Assembly: GCF_049243625.1 (NCBI RefSeq)
Contig: NZ_CP046975.1
DNA length: 32,000 nt
Direction: 5' to 3' (one strand)
DNA from: Corynebacterium amycolatum
GTDB lineage: Bacteria > Actinomycetota > Actinomycetes > Mycobacteriales > Mycobacteriaceae
The notes under the pieces: model-generated
What the model saw: only the letters and a program-made list of their open reading frames with translations
The model's database searches: none
Told to the model about the DNA's origin: nothing
Made by a program: the position numbers and the translations under genes
Shown here: piece by piece, positions 10,887 through 17,627 of the stretch
Layout: the number at the start of each line of letters is the position of its first letter
Numbering within the stretch: position 1 is the stretch's first letter

Positions 10887-10949
10887 TAACTACCCCTGTT
10901 CAGTAGGAAGTAGTGCTTTACGACGGCCCCCGCGCAGAACCTCACTGTC

Positions 10950-11600
10950 TCACTTAGTGACCGAATCTGCGTCCGTAGCATTGTCCGCAGCGCTCTCGTT
11001 GCCTCCCGTGAAGTCCGTTTGGAACAACACCCGGGACCACAGTGCGAGCATAGCAACCAGTGGCGCGACCAGCAGTGCTACATAGGTTTTGAAGTCCGGA
11101 ATCACCGAGAACTTATCGCCCGGCTGCATTCCCGCCAGATTCGGCTGGAGCAATGCCGCAATCGACTGACCGACGAGGTACGTCACTGCTGCACTCATCA
11201 ACGCGGAGAAACCTGCCCATCCAATTGCCGTGAGCATCTGTACAGGGGTCGTGATGGCACGGTTTCGGAAGGTAGTAATTCCCAGCACCAGGCCGCTGAT
11301 GGCAGTGACAGCAACAAACCAGAGCAGCCCAATAAAACCAGCGTCAACGGTTTCCTGAATAATCGCTAGTTGGTTATTGGGGAGCATTTGCACTTGCTGC
11401 TTGGGCCGCAGGAATGCCCAGGCCACTCCCGTTACCGATCCCGTTACAACGGAGAAGAGAACAATACCCGAGGTCATTGCCACGCTCTGCTTTTCAACGT
11501 GTGGGACTCGGGTATTTTTCATAGTCATAGTTGACAAACTTACCTCACGGCGCGCATCCAGTACTAGCGCGCCTGAAAGGCGCATTTGCACAACCAGCAC
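10950..11600 (-). CDS. integral membrane protein, about 4 TM helices (start uncertain: GTG 11600, ATG 11528 or ATG 11522)
   Basis: Four hydrophobic stretches (SGIVLFSVVTGSVTGVAWAFL, FIGLLWFVAVTAISGLVLGITTF, MLTAIGWAGFSALMSAAVTYLVG, YVALLVAPLVAMLALW). Its position after bioB and the Zn-ribbon gene matches my recollection of the mycobacterial Rv1589-Rv1591 order. Confidence 0.6.
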   Translation of the reverse strand: MLVVQMRLSGALVLDARREVSLSTMTMKNTRVPHVEKQSVAMTSGIVLFSVVTGSVTGVAWAFLRPKQQVQMLPNNQLAIIQETVDAGFIGLLWFVAVTAISGLVLGITTFRNRAITTPVQMLTAIGWAGFSALMSAAVTYLVGQSIAALLQPNLAGMQPGDKFSVIPDFKTYVALLVAPLVAMLALWSRVLFQTDFTGGNESAADNATDADSVTK

Positions 11601-11603
11601 CTT

Positions 11604-11825
11604 TTATCGCTGCTCCAACATAACGGAGTCTACTTCGCCGTGGCGCGAGCACTTTGCAGTCCAGCCGTCCGGACGCACCTGCACCACCATCCGACGTCCA
11701 CAGAGCTGGCAGAACCGAGGTGCCTCCAATCCAGCTTTTGCACCATAAGAGCGTTCGCGCACTTCACCAGCTTGGAGGTCGGCGCCGGTAAAAGGATCGA
11801 ATTTGGGCTCGTCTCCCAGCACCAT
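11604..11825 (-). CDS. small Zn-ribbon protein downstream of bioB, candidate biotin synthase auxiliary protein (BsaP-like)
   Basis: 73 aa from ATG 11825 (MVLGDEPKF...). It carries CQLC-x17-C-x2-H ([24 protein letters not shown]). The 111-aa ORF in the track would overlap bioB. Position is equivalent to Rv1590, as I recall. Confidence 0.55.
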   Translation of the reverse strand: MVLGDEPKFDPFTGADLQAGEVRERSYGAKAGLEAPRFCQLCGRRMVVQVRPDGWTAKCSRHGEVDSVMLEQR

Positions 11826-11892
11826 GGCCTGGAGCAGCTCTGTGGAGTCGACTTTCCTACTCCACGTCGCGCGCGGGCTAGATGTCCGAGGC

Positions 11893-12900
11893 TTAGACAG
11901 TTGCATTGAGGGCCTTAATTGGAAGTCGTACCTTGCCAAGCATGTCCAGGTCCTGCTCCGCCGGACGGCCCAGCGTGGTCAGGTAATTACCGACAATGAC
12001 AGCGTTGATACCGCCGAGCAGCCCCTTTTCTGCACCCAGGTCTCCCAGGGTGAGCTCACGACCACCAGCAAAACGCAAGATAGTCTTCGGCAATGCCAAA
12101 CGGAAGGCACCGATGGCACGCAGTGCATCCTTGGCTGGCATCGGCTCGCGACCGGCGAACGGAGTGCCCGGGCGCGGGTCGAGGAAGTTCATCGGCACCT
12201 CGGTCGGGTTGAGCGCCGCCAGGTCCTGAGCAAACTCAGCGCGCTGCTCAAGGGTCTCGCCCATACCCAGGATGCCGCCACAGCAGACTTCCATGCCAGC
12301 TTCGCCGACCATACGCAGGGTGTCATGGCGCTCTTCCCAAGTGTGGGTGGTCACGACCTGCGGGAAGTAGCTCTTGGCGGTCTCAAGGTTGTGGTTGTAG
12401 CGGTGAATACCAGCCTTGGCCAGGCGATCCACCTGTTCCTGCGTCAGAATGCCCATCGATGCGGCCACATTAATGTCAACCTCTGCCTGAATGGCGGCGA
12501 CGGCCTGTTCCATCTGGCTGAGCAGTCGCTCATCCGGCCCCTTTACTGCAGCAACGATGCAGAACTCAGTCGCACCAGACTTTGCAGTCTGCTTGGCGGC
12601 GTCCACCAGAGCCGGGATATCCAGCCATGCCGAACGTACCGGAGACTCGAACAGACCCGACTGCGAACAGAAGTGGCAATCCTCTGGGCAGCCGCCAGTC
12701 TTCAACGAGATAATGCCTTCAACCTCGACCTCTTCGCCGCACCACTTCAAGCGCACCTCATGAGCCAGCGCCAGCAGATTCTCGATGCTGTCGTCGTCGA
12801 GGTTGAGAACCGCCAGGGTCTCCTCGTAGTTCAGCCCCTCTCCGCGGGCGAGCACCTTTTCGCGGGCGAGTTCCAAAATGTCCTGCTGCTGTTGAGTCAT
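11893..12900 (-). CDS. bioB: biotin synthase (radical SAM)
   Basis: 335-aa ORF with [13 protein letters not shown] (CxxxCxxC) and YNHNLET motifs. These are characteristic of BioB, not LipA. Confidence 0.92.
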   Translation of the reverse strand: MTQQQQDILELAREKVLARGEGLNYEETLAVLNLDDDSIENLLALAHEVRLKWCGEEVEVEGIISLKTGGCPEDCHFCSQSGLFESPVRSAWLDIPALVDAAKQTAKSGATEFCIVAAVKGPDERLLSQMEQAVAAIQAEVDINVAASMGILTQEQVDRLAKAGIHRYNHNLETAKSYFPQVVTTHTWEERHDTLRMVGEAGMEVCCGGILGMGETLEQRAEFAQDLAALNPTEVPMNFLDPRPGTPFAGREPMPAKDALRAIGAFRLALPKTILRFAGGRELTLGDLGAEKGLLGGINAVIVGNYLTTLGRPAEQDLDMLGKVRLPIKALNATV

Positions 12901-12934
12901 GGGGGCGACACTCCTTGAGGCTGGGGATAAAACT

Positions 12935-12947
12935 TGAACACTGTTTG
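12935..12947. promoter_or_regulatory. candidate BioQ-type operator upstream of bioB (TGAAC-ACT-GTTTG)
   Basis: 8/10 match to the TGAAC-N3-GTTCA palindrome reported for C. glutamicum BioQ, 35-47 nt upstream of the bioB ATG. TGAACA (12935-12940) also pairs with TGTTCA (12954-12959). Confidence 0.45.
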
Positions 12948-12992
12948 AGAAGTTGTTCAGTTATCAAACTTAATACCGCATCTACAGAATGT

Positions 12993-13005
12993 CGAACAGG
13001 GTTCA
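12993..13005. promoter_or_regulatory. candidate BioQ-type operator upstream of the TetR gene (CGAAC-AGG-GTTCA)
   Basis: 9/10 match to TGAAC-N3-GTTCA, 57-69 nt upstream of the TetR ORF start. The placement is consistent with autoregulation. Confidence 0.55.
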
Positions 13006-13061
13006 ATTCCCGTCGTGTCGCGGTTTTACGCTCCGCATTTCAGTCTTGAGACATCTTCCAG

Positions 13062-13760
13062 ATGATTCTTCTTTCGTCTACGGTAGGCAGTGTGCAATTG
13101 ACCAAGGACATCATTGTCGACGCAGCTCTTACCATTCTCAACGAGTACGGACTCGGCGATCTCACAATCCGCCGTCTGACTCGCCACTTGGGTACCGCCG
13201 CTGGCGCAATGTACTGGCACTACCCTTCCAAGCAGGCACTGCTCGGCGCCGTCGCTGACCGCATCTTGACTCCCTGCACAGAGTTTTCCGCCACAGGCGA
13301 TTGGCGCGCCGACACCGAAGTCATCGCCGAGCTGCTCTACTCCTGCCTCACCGCTCATCGGGATGGCGCCGAGGTCGTCTCGGCCGCGCTGGCTACGGGC
13401 ACCGCCACGATTCGCCCCGAGCAATTGCTTGCCGACGTCCTGGAGAACGCACCCGAAACCTCCATCAGCACCCCATCAGCGACTGATACCGCGTCCGTCC
13501 TCGTGTATTTCATTCTCGGCGCGACAGTCGACCAGCAGACAGCCATCGCGCTTAATCTGAACGGCGCCAAGTCTGTATCTGACAAGGGTGACACTAATGG
13601 CGAGAACAACGCTAGTACGGGCGCTGCGGCCGAGGCTTCCTCTGAAGATGCCGCTGAACAGGCAAAAGAGCTCGGTCGCCAGCGCATTGCACTGGGAACC
13701 GAGCTCTTTATCGCCGGAATTGCGGGGGTTGCCGGGATTAAGGGAACCGCAGGTCAGTAA
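13062..13760 (+). CDS. bioQ: TetR-family transcriptional regulator, probable biotin regulon repressor BioQ (alternative GTG start at 13092)
   Basis: N-terminal TetR HTH (IVDAALTILNEYGLGDLTIRRLTRHLGTAAGAMYWHYPSKQALL). It is divergent from bioB, with BioQ-type palindromes in the shared intergenic region. Confidence 0.65.
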   Translation: MILLSSTVGSVQLTKDIIVDAALTILNEYGLGDLTIRRLTRHLGTAAGAMYWHYPSKQALLGAVADRILTPCTEFSATGDWRADTEVIAELLYSCLTAHRDGAEVVSAALATGTATIRPEQLLADVLENAPETSISTPSATDTASVLVYFILGATVDQQTAIALNLNGAKSVSDKGDTNGENNASTGAAAEASSEDAAEQAKELGRQRIALGTELFIAGIAGVAGIKGTAGQ

Positions 13761-13800
13761 GCCCCACTGAAGCATTCGCGGTCATAGCCAAACCCTGGCA

Positions 13801-15165
13801 TTAAAGCACCAGAGCTGCTACCCAACCAGCTGCCAACAGCGGCAGGTTGAAGTGCAGGAAGGTCGGGATAACCGAATCGCGAATGTGGTCGTGCTGCCCA
13901 TCGGCATTGAGACCCATCGTCGGGCCGAGCGTCGAGTCCGATGCCGGCGAACCAGCGTCACCCAGAGCACCTGCAGTACCAATGATGGCGACGGTAGCCA
14001 TCGGCGAGAAGCCCAGCGACAAACACAACGGCACGTAGATGATGGAGATAATCGGCAGCGTCGAGAAGGATGAACCAATACCCATCGTGACCACCAGACC
14101 GACGACCAGCATGGCGAATGCAGCGGCAGGCTTGTTGCCCGCAAACAGGTCTGCAGTGGCGGTCACCAGCGGCTCGACCTGGCCGGACTCCGACATCACC
14201 GAGGCGAAGCCCTGTGCGGAAATCATGATGAAACCAATCAGGGCCATCATCTTCATACCGGCAGTGAATACGTCGTCCGCCTCACGCCAGCGCACCGCAC
14301 CGGTAAGCATGAAGATTGCCAAACCAGTGAGGGCACCAATCAGCAGTGGATCGGCATCGGTGTCCATGGAGTTCATCACAATCTGGACGACGAAGGTCAC
14401 CACAATGGCGACGAGAGCAACGATGACTCGGTACTTCGACACAGGTTCATCAGACTGCGATTCCATATGCGAGGACTCGGCAATCGGCAGGTCTTCGTAA
14501 TGCCGTGGCTTGCGGTAGGAGAAGAACACCGCAATGGCCAGACCAGTCAGCATACCGAGAGCCGGGATGCCCATCGTCATCATGATGTTGATATTGGAAA
14601 CATCAAGGCCGGCGTTTTCGATGTTGCCCAGCAGAATGTCGTTCAAGAAGATAGAACCGAATCCGACCGGAACCCACATGTACGTGGTGATCAAACCGAA
14701 GGTCATCACACTGGTTATCATTCGGCGGTCGATGTTGAGACGGTTAAATACCGGCAATAGCGGCGGAATGATCAGCGGGATAAACGCGATGTGAACTGGG
14801 ATGAGGTTCTGCGACATAATCGCCATGGCCAAAATACCGGCCACCATACCCCACTTGGTCCATGCTTCTGCCTTAGATTTAGCGCCTTCATCCTCGGCGC
14901 CAATCTTGGCAATCAGCCAATCGGCCAGCAATTTGGGCAGCCCAGAGGATGCCACTGCCATGGCAAAGGCACCCAGCATGGCGTAACTCAGGGCAATCTT
15001 CGCACCACCAGAGAGGCCTTCCTGGAAGGCAACCATTGTGGCATCGAGCCCCATACCGGCGGAAAGACCACCGACCAAGGCGCCAATAAACAGCGCTAGC
15101 ACAACGTGTACCCGGCAGACCGCCAGGATTAGCATCACCAAAACGGCGAGAAGAACGGCATTCAT
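13801..15165 (-). CDS. polytopic permease, Na+/H+ antiporter (NhaC/YuiF-like) family
   Basis: 454-aa, highly hydrophobic ORF. The N-terminus MNAVLLAVLVMLILAVCRVHVVLALFIGALVGGL resembles YuiF-type transporters as I recall them. Substrate unknown. Confidence 0.6.
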   Translation of the reverse strand: MNAVLLAVLVMLILAVCRVHVVLALFIGALVGGLSAGMGLDATMVAFQEGLSGGAKIALSYAMLGAFAMAVASSGLPKLLADWLIAKIGAEDEGAKSKAEAWTKWGMVAGILAMAIMSQNLIPVHIAFIPLIIPPLLPVFNRLNIDRRMITSVMTFGLITTYMWVPVGFGSIFLNDILLGNIENAGLDVSNINIMMTMGIPALGMLTGLAIAVFFSYRKPRHYEDLPIAESSHMESQSDEPVSKYRVIVALVAIVVTFVVQIVMNSMDTDADPLLIGALTGLAIFMLTGAVRWREADDVFTAGMKMMALIGFIMISAQGFASVMSESGQVEPLVTATADLFAGNKPAAAFAMLVVGLVVTMGIGSSFSTLPIISIIYVPLCLSLGFSPMATVAIIGTAGALGDAGSPASDSTLGPTMGLNADGQHDHIRDSVIPTFLHFNLPLLAAGWVAALVL

Positions 15166-15203
15166 AAGGAAAATATTAAGGCAACCTTAAGTATTTCCAG
15201 CAA

Positions 15204-15245
15204 CCGGGGCTAGAAAGATTTCACCCCAAAATCTTTACACCCCGG
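15204..15245 (-). terminator. intercistronic stem-loop between the biotin-carrier gene and the permease gene
   Basis: CCGGGG(15204-15209)/CCCCGG(15240-15245) plus AAAGATTT(15214-15221)/AAATCTTT(15229-15236), with a 3x3 internal loop. There is no clear U-tract, so it may be a terminator, attenuator or mRNA-stability element. Confidence 0.35.
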
Positions 15246-15254
15246 CTAATGCGA

Positions 15255-15614
15255 CTAATCAATCGAGACGAGTCCCTGGCCGCCCTGCACTGCGTCACCG
15301 ACTTCGACGTGAATAGAGCCGACGGTGCCTGCAGCTGGGGCCGTAATCTCGGTTTCCATCTTCATTGCCTCGAGAATGAGCAGCACCTCCCCGGCCTCAA
15401 TCGTCTGGCCTTCCTCGACCAAAATCTTGCTGACCGAACCTGCCAGTGGCGCCACCACCGAATTGGCGGAGACACCCGAGACACTAGCGGTGGCTGGCTC
15501 AACGGAAGCGCTAGACGACCCACCCAAAACGATGGGCGAAAGACGCTTGGGCTCCTCAACTACTTCAACGTCGACATCGTAGGCAATGCCGCCGACAGTC
15601 ACTTTCAATTTCAT
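15255..15614 (-). CDS. biotin carboxyl carrier protein, transcarboxylase 1.3S-type subunit
   Basis: 119 aa. [18 protein letters not shown]... and ...[12 protein letters not shown]...AVQGGQGL closely resemble the P. freudenreichii 1.3S subunit (MKLKVTVNGTAYDVDV...EAMKMETEI). Confidence 0.88.
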   Translation of the reverse strand: MKLKVTVGGIAYDVDVEVVEEPKRLSPIVLGGSSSASVEPATASVSGVSANSVVAPLAGSVSKILVEEGQTIEAGEVLLILEAMKMETEITAPAAGTVGSIHVEVGDAVQGGQGLVSID

Positions 15615-15685
15615 GGCTCAACAATCCTCACGTAGCAAAAGTCAATGAATCAGGCTCAAATAAGTCGGTTATCGAAAATTTCCAA

Positions 15686-15991
15686 CTAACGCAGGTTGCG
15701 CTGCTGCTGGATCTGGCGGCCCTGCGCAGCCCACGTCTTGTGGCGGTTGTAACGAATTGCCTTCACCTTGCCGCGATTGCCTAGGTACGCAGACACCGCT
15801 GCCGAAATGGCGATGACAGTGTCCTCGGGGATATCTGCGTCCACGCGTTTGCGCAGTTCAGCCAACTCGCTTTCTGCCTGATTCAGGCGTGCCGTGGCCT
15901 TCTGCAAGCTTGTCGAGGTCGCATCCAACCGGTCGGTCAGTTCAGCGACGAGCGCTCGCAGCTCCTTAATCTCACCGATGCTGTCCGACAT
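15686..15991 (-). CDS. small coiled-coil protein with OadG/MmdD-like C-terminal motif (putative accessory subunit of the carboxyltransferase complex)
   Basis: 101 aa. The start overlaps the 12S stop (TAATG, 15993..15989). The N-terminal heptad-like region is ELRALVAELTDRLD...AESELAELRKRV. The C-terminal motif is VIAISAAVSAYLG. No TM helix. Confidence 0.6.
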   Translation of the reverse strand: MSDSIGEIKELRALVAELTDRLDATSTSLQKATARLNQAESELAELRKRVDADIPEDTVIAISAAVSAYLGNRGKVKAIRYNRHKTWAAQGRQIQQQRNLR

Positions 15992-17604
15992 TACTGTGGC
16001 CCCAATCCGTGCTTCTTGGCCGGGCGAACCTCACGCTTGTTACGCAGAACCGACAGTGCGTCAGCCACACGCAGGCGAGTTTCCGCCGGGTCAATCACGT
16101 CGTCGACCAGTCCTCGCGAGGCAGCGACATACGGCGTCGAGAAGCGTGTCTTGTAATCGGCGATACGCTCGTCGCGCACGCGTGCCTGCTCTTCCTCGTC
16201 GCCCGCGGCCGCAATTTCCTTTCGGAAGACCACGTTGACCGCGCCTTCTGCGCCCATCACCGCAATTTCTGCGGTCGGCCATGCGAATACGTAGTCCGCG
16301 CCGAGGTCCTTCGAGCACATCGCCAGGTACGCACCGCCGTAGGCCTTACGCATGACGACGGTCACCTTGGGCACAGACGCTGCGGAGTATGCGTAGAGCA
16401 TCTTTGCGCCGTGGCGGATGATGCCGCCGTGTTCCTGGGTGACGCCCGGCATAAAGCCAGGAACGTCAACCAGGGTGACCAGCGGGATATTAAAGGCGTT
16501 GCAGAAGCGGATGAACTTTGCGCCCTTGTCCGAGGAATTGATGTCCAGCACACCGGACATCACATTCGGCTGGTTTGCGACAAAGCCCACGGTACGGCCC
16601 AGAACTCGACCAAAGCCGACAACCAGGTTGGTGGCAAAACCCGCCTGGCACTCGAGGAAGTCGCCATTGTCGGCGATACGGATGATGACCTCGCGGACGT
16701 CGTAGCCCTTTTTGCCGTCCACGGGGACGATGTCGCGGAGCTCTGGATCCGGCTCGGCATCGAATACCGGATCAACAACCGGCGGCTCTTCGGTGTTGTT
16801 CTGTGGCAGGAAGCTTAAGAGCTTCTGCGCAATCAGGATGGCCTGCTCGTCATCGTCGGCAACGAAGTCGATATTACCGGCCTTAGCCATGTGCGCATCA
16901 GCGCCACCGAGCTGCTCGGAGGTGACTTCCTCGCCGGTCACAGACTTAATAACGCCCGGACCGGTGATGAACATCTGTGCCTTGCGAGTCTGAATGATGA
17001 AGTCGGTCAGCGCTGGCGAGTAGGCAGCGCCACCAGCACATGGACCTGCAATGATGGAAATCTGCGGCACCAGACCGGACAGCCAGACATTGTTGTAAAA
17101 GACCTGGCCATAGCCCGACAGAGAGTCGATCCCCTCTTGAATGCGAGCACCACCGGAGTCGTTGATAAACACGAACGGAGTGCCGTTGTCGGCAGCGGCA
17201 CGCATAGTGGCTGCAACCTTGCGGGACTGCGTTTCACCAGCGGAGCCGCCCATGACTGTGAAGTCCTGGGAGGCCACGTGCACTGCCCGGCCGAGAACCG
17301 CGGCAGTGCCGGTGACCACACCGTCGGCAGGCGCATCGGCGGTATCCATGCCGAAGTCGGTGGTGCGGTGAGTCATGAACATGCCGGTTTCACGGAAAGT
17401 GCCCTCGTCGACGAAGTTGTCGATACGCTCGCGGGCCGTCATCTTCCCACGTTCGTGCTGCTTGGCCTGCCGAGCTTCACCGCCACCGGCCTCAACACGG
17501 CGACGCTGAGCATCCAAATAATCCAGGCGCTCCGCCATCGAGGCATCGACGCCCGGCGCGACGGCATCCGCCGAAGTCGGCTGGTTTGCTGAACTTTGCG
17601 ACAT
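15991..17604 (-). CDS. methylmalonyl-CoA carboxyltransferase 12S subunit / acyl-CoA carboxylase beta-type carboxyltransferase
   Basis: 537 aa from ATG 17604 (GGGAGAAG SD upstream). It aligns near-colinearly with the remembered P. freudenreichii 12S sequence (ASQDFTVMGGSAGETQS, IIAGPCAGGA.YSPALTDFII, LLSFLPQNNTEE, RPAKKHG). The 634-aa ORF in the track overextends into the 5S gene. Confidence 0.9.
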   Translation of the reverse strand: MSQSSANQPTSADAVAPGVDASMAERLDYLDAQRRRVEAGGGEARQAKQHERGKMTARERIDNFVDEGTFRETGMFMTHRTTDFGMDTADAPADGVVTGTAAVLGRAVHVASQDFTVMGGSAGETQSRKVAATMRAAADNGTPFVFINDSGGARIQEGIDSLSGYGQVFYNNVWLSGLVPQISIIAGPCAGGAAYSPALTDFIIQTRKAQMFITGPGVIKSVTGEEVTSEQLGGADAHMAKAGNIDFVADDDEQAILIAQKLLSFLPQNNTEEPPVVDPVFDAEPDPELRDIVPVDGKKGYDVREVIIRIADNGDFLECQAGFATNLVVGFGRVLGRTVGFVANQPNVMSGVLDINSSDKGAKFIRFCNAFNIPLVTLVDVPGFMPGVTQEHGGIIRHGAKMLYAYSAASVPKVTVVMRKAYGGAYLAMCSKDLGADYVFAWPTAEIAVMGAEGAVNVVFRKEIAAAGDEEEQARVRDERIADYKTRFSTPYVAASRGLVDDVIDPAETRLRVADALSVLRNKREVRPAKKHGLGPQ

Positions 17605-17627
17605 TGCTATCTCTTCTCCCGATGTTC

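Noticed and set aside
10658-10949. An NAD+ riboswitch (nadA motif) in the nadA leader.
   Set aside because: I could not recognise the tandem-domain architecture of the known nadA motif, which to my knowledge is restricted to other phyla. Only generic hairpins and operator-like repeats are visible. This is left as an Rfam check in the corresponding finding.
11893-12900. First impression that this radical-SAM gene was lipA (lipoyl synthase).
   Set aside because: The motifs [13 protein letters not shown] and YNHNLET are BioB signatures. The LipA motifs (CxxxxCxxxxxC plus CxxxCxxC with RPD/NLET context) are absent. The BioQ-type operators upstream agree with bioB.
13801-15165. Possibility that the membrane protein next to the carboxyltransferase genes is the Na+-pumping beta subunit (OadB/MmdB), which would make the cluster a membrane decarboxylase.
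   Set aside because: The N-terminus and overall pattern resemble YuiF/NhaC-type permeases as I remember them, not OadB. A structured intercistronic hairpin separates it from the cluster. This rests on memory only, so a profile search should confirm it.
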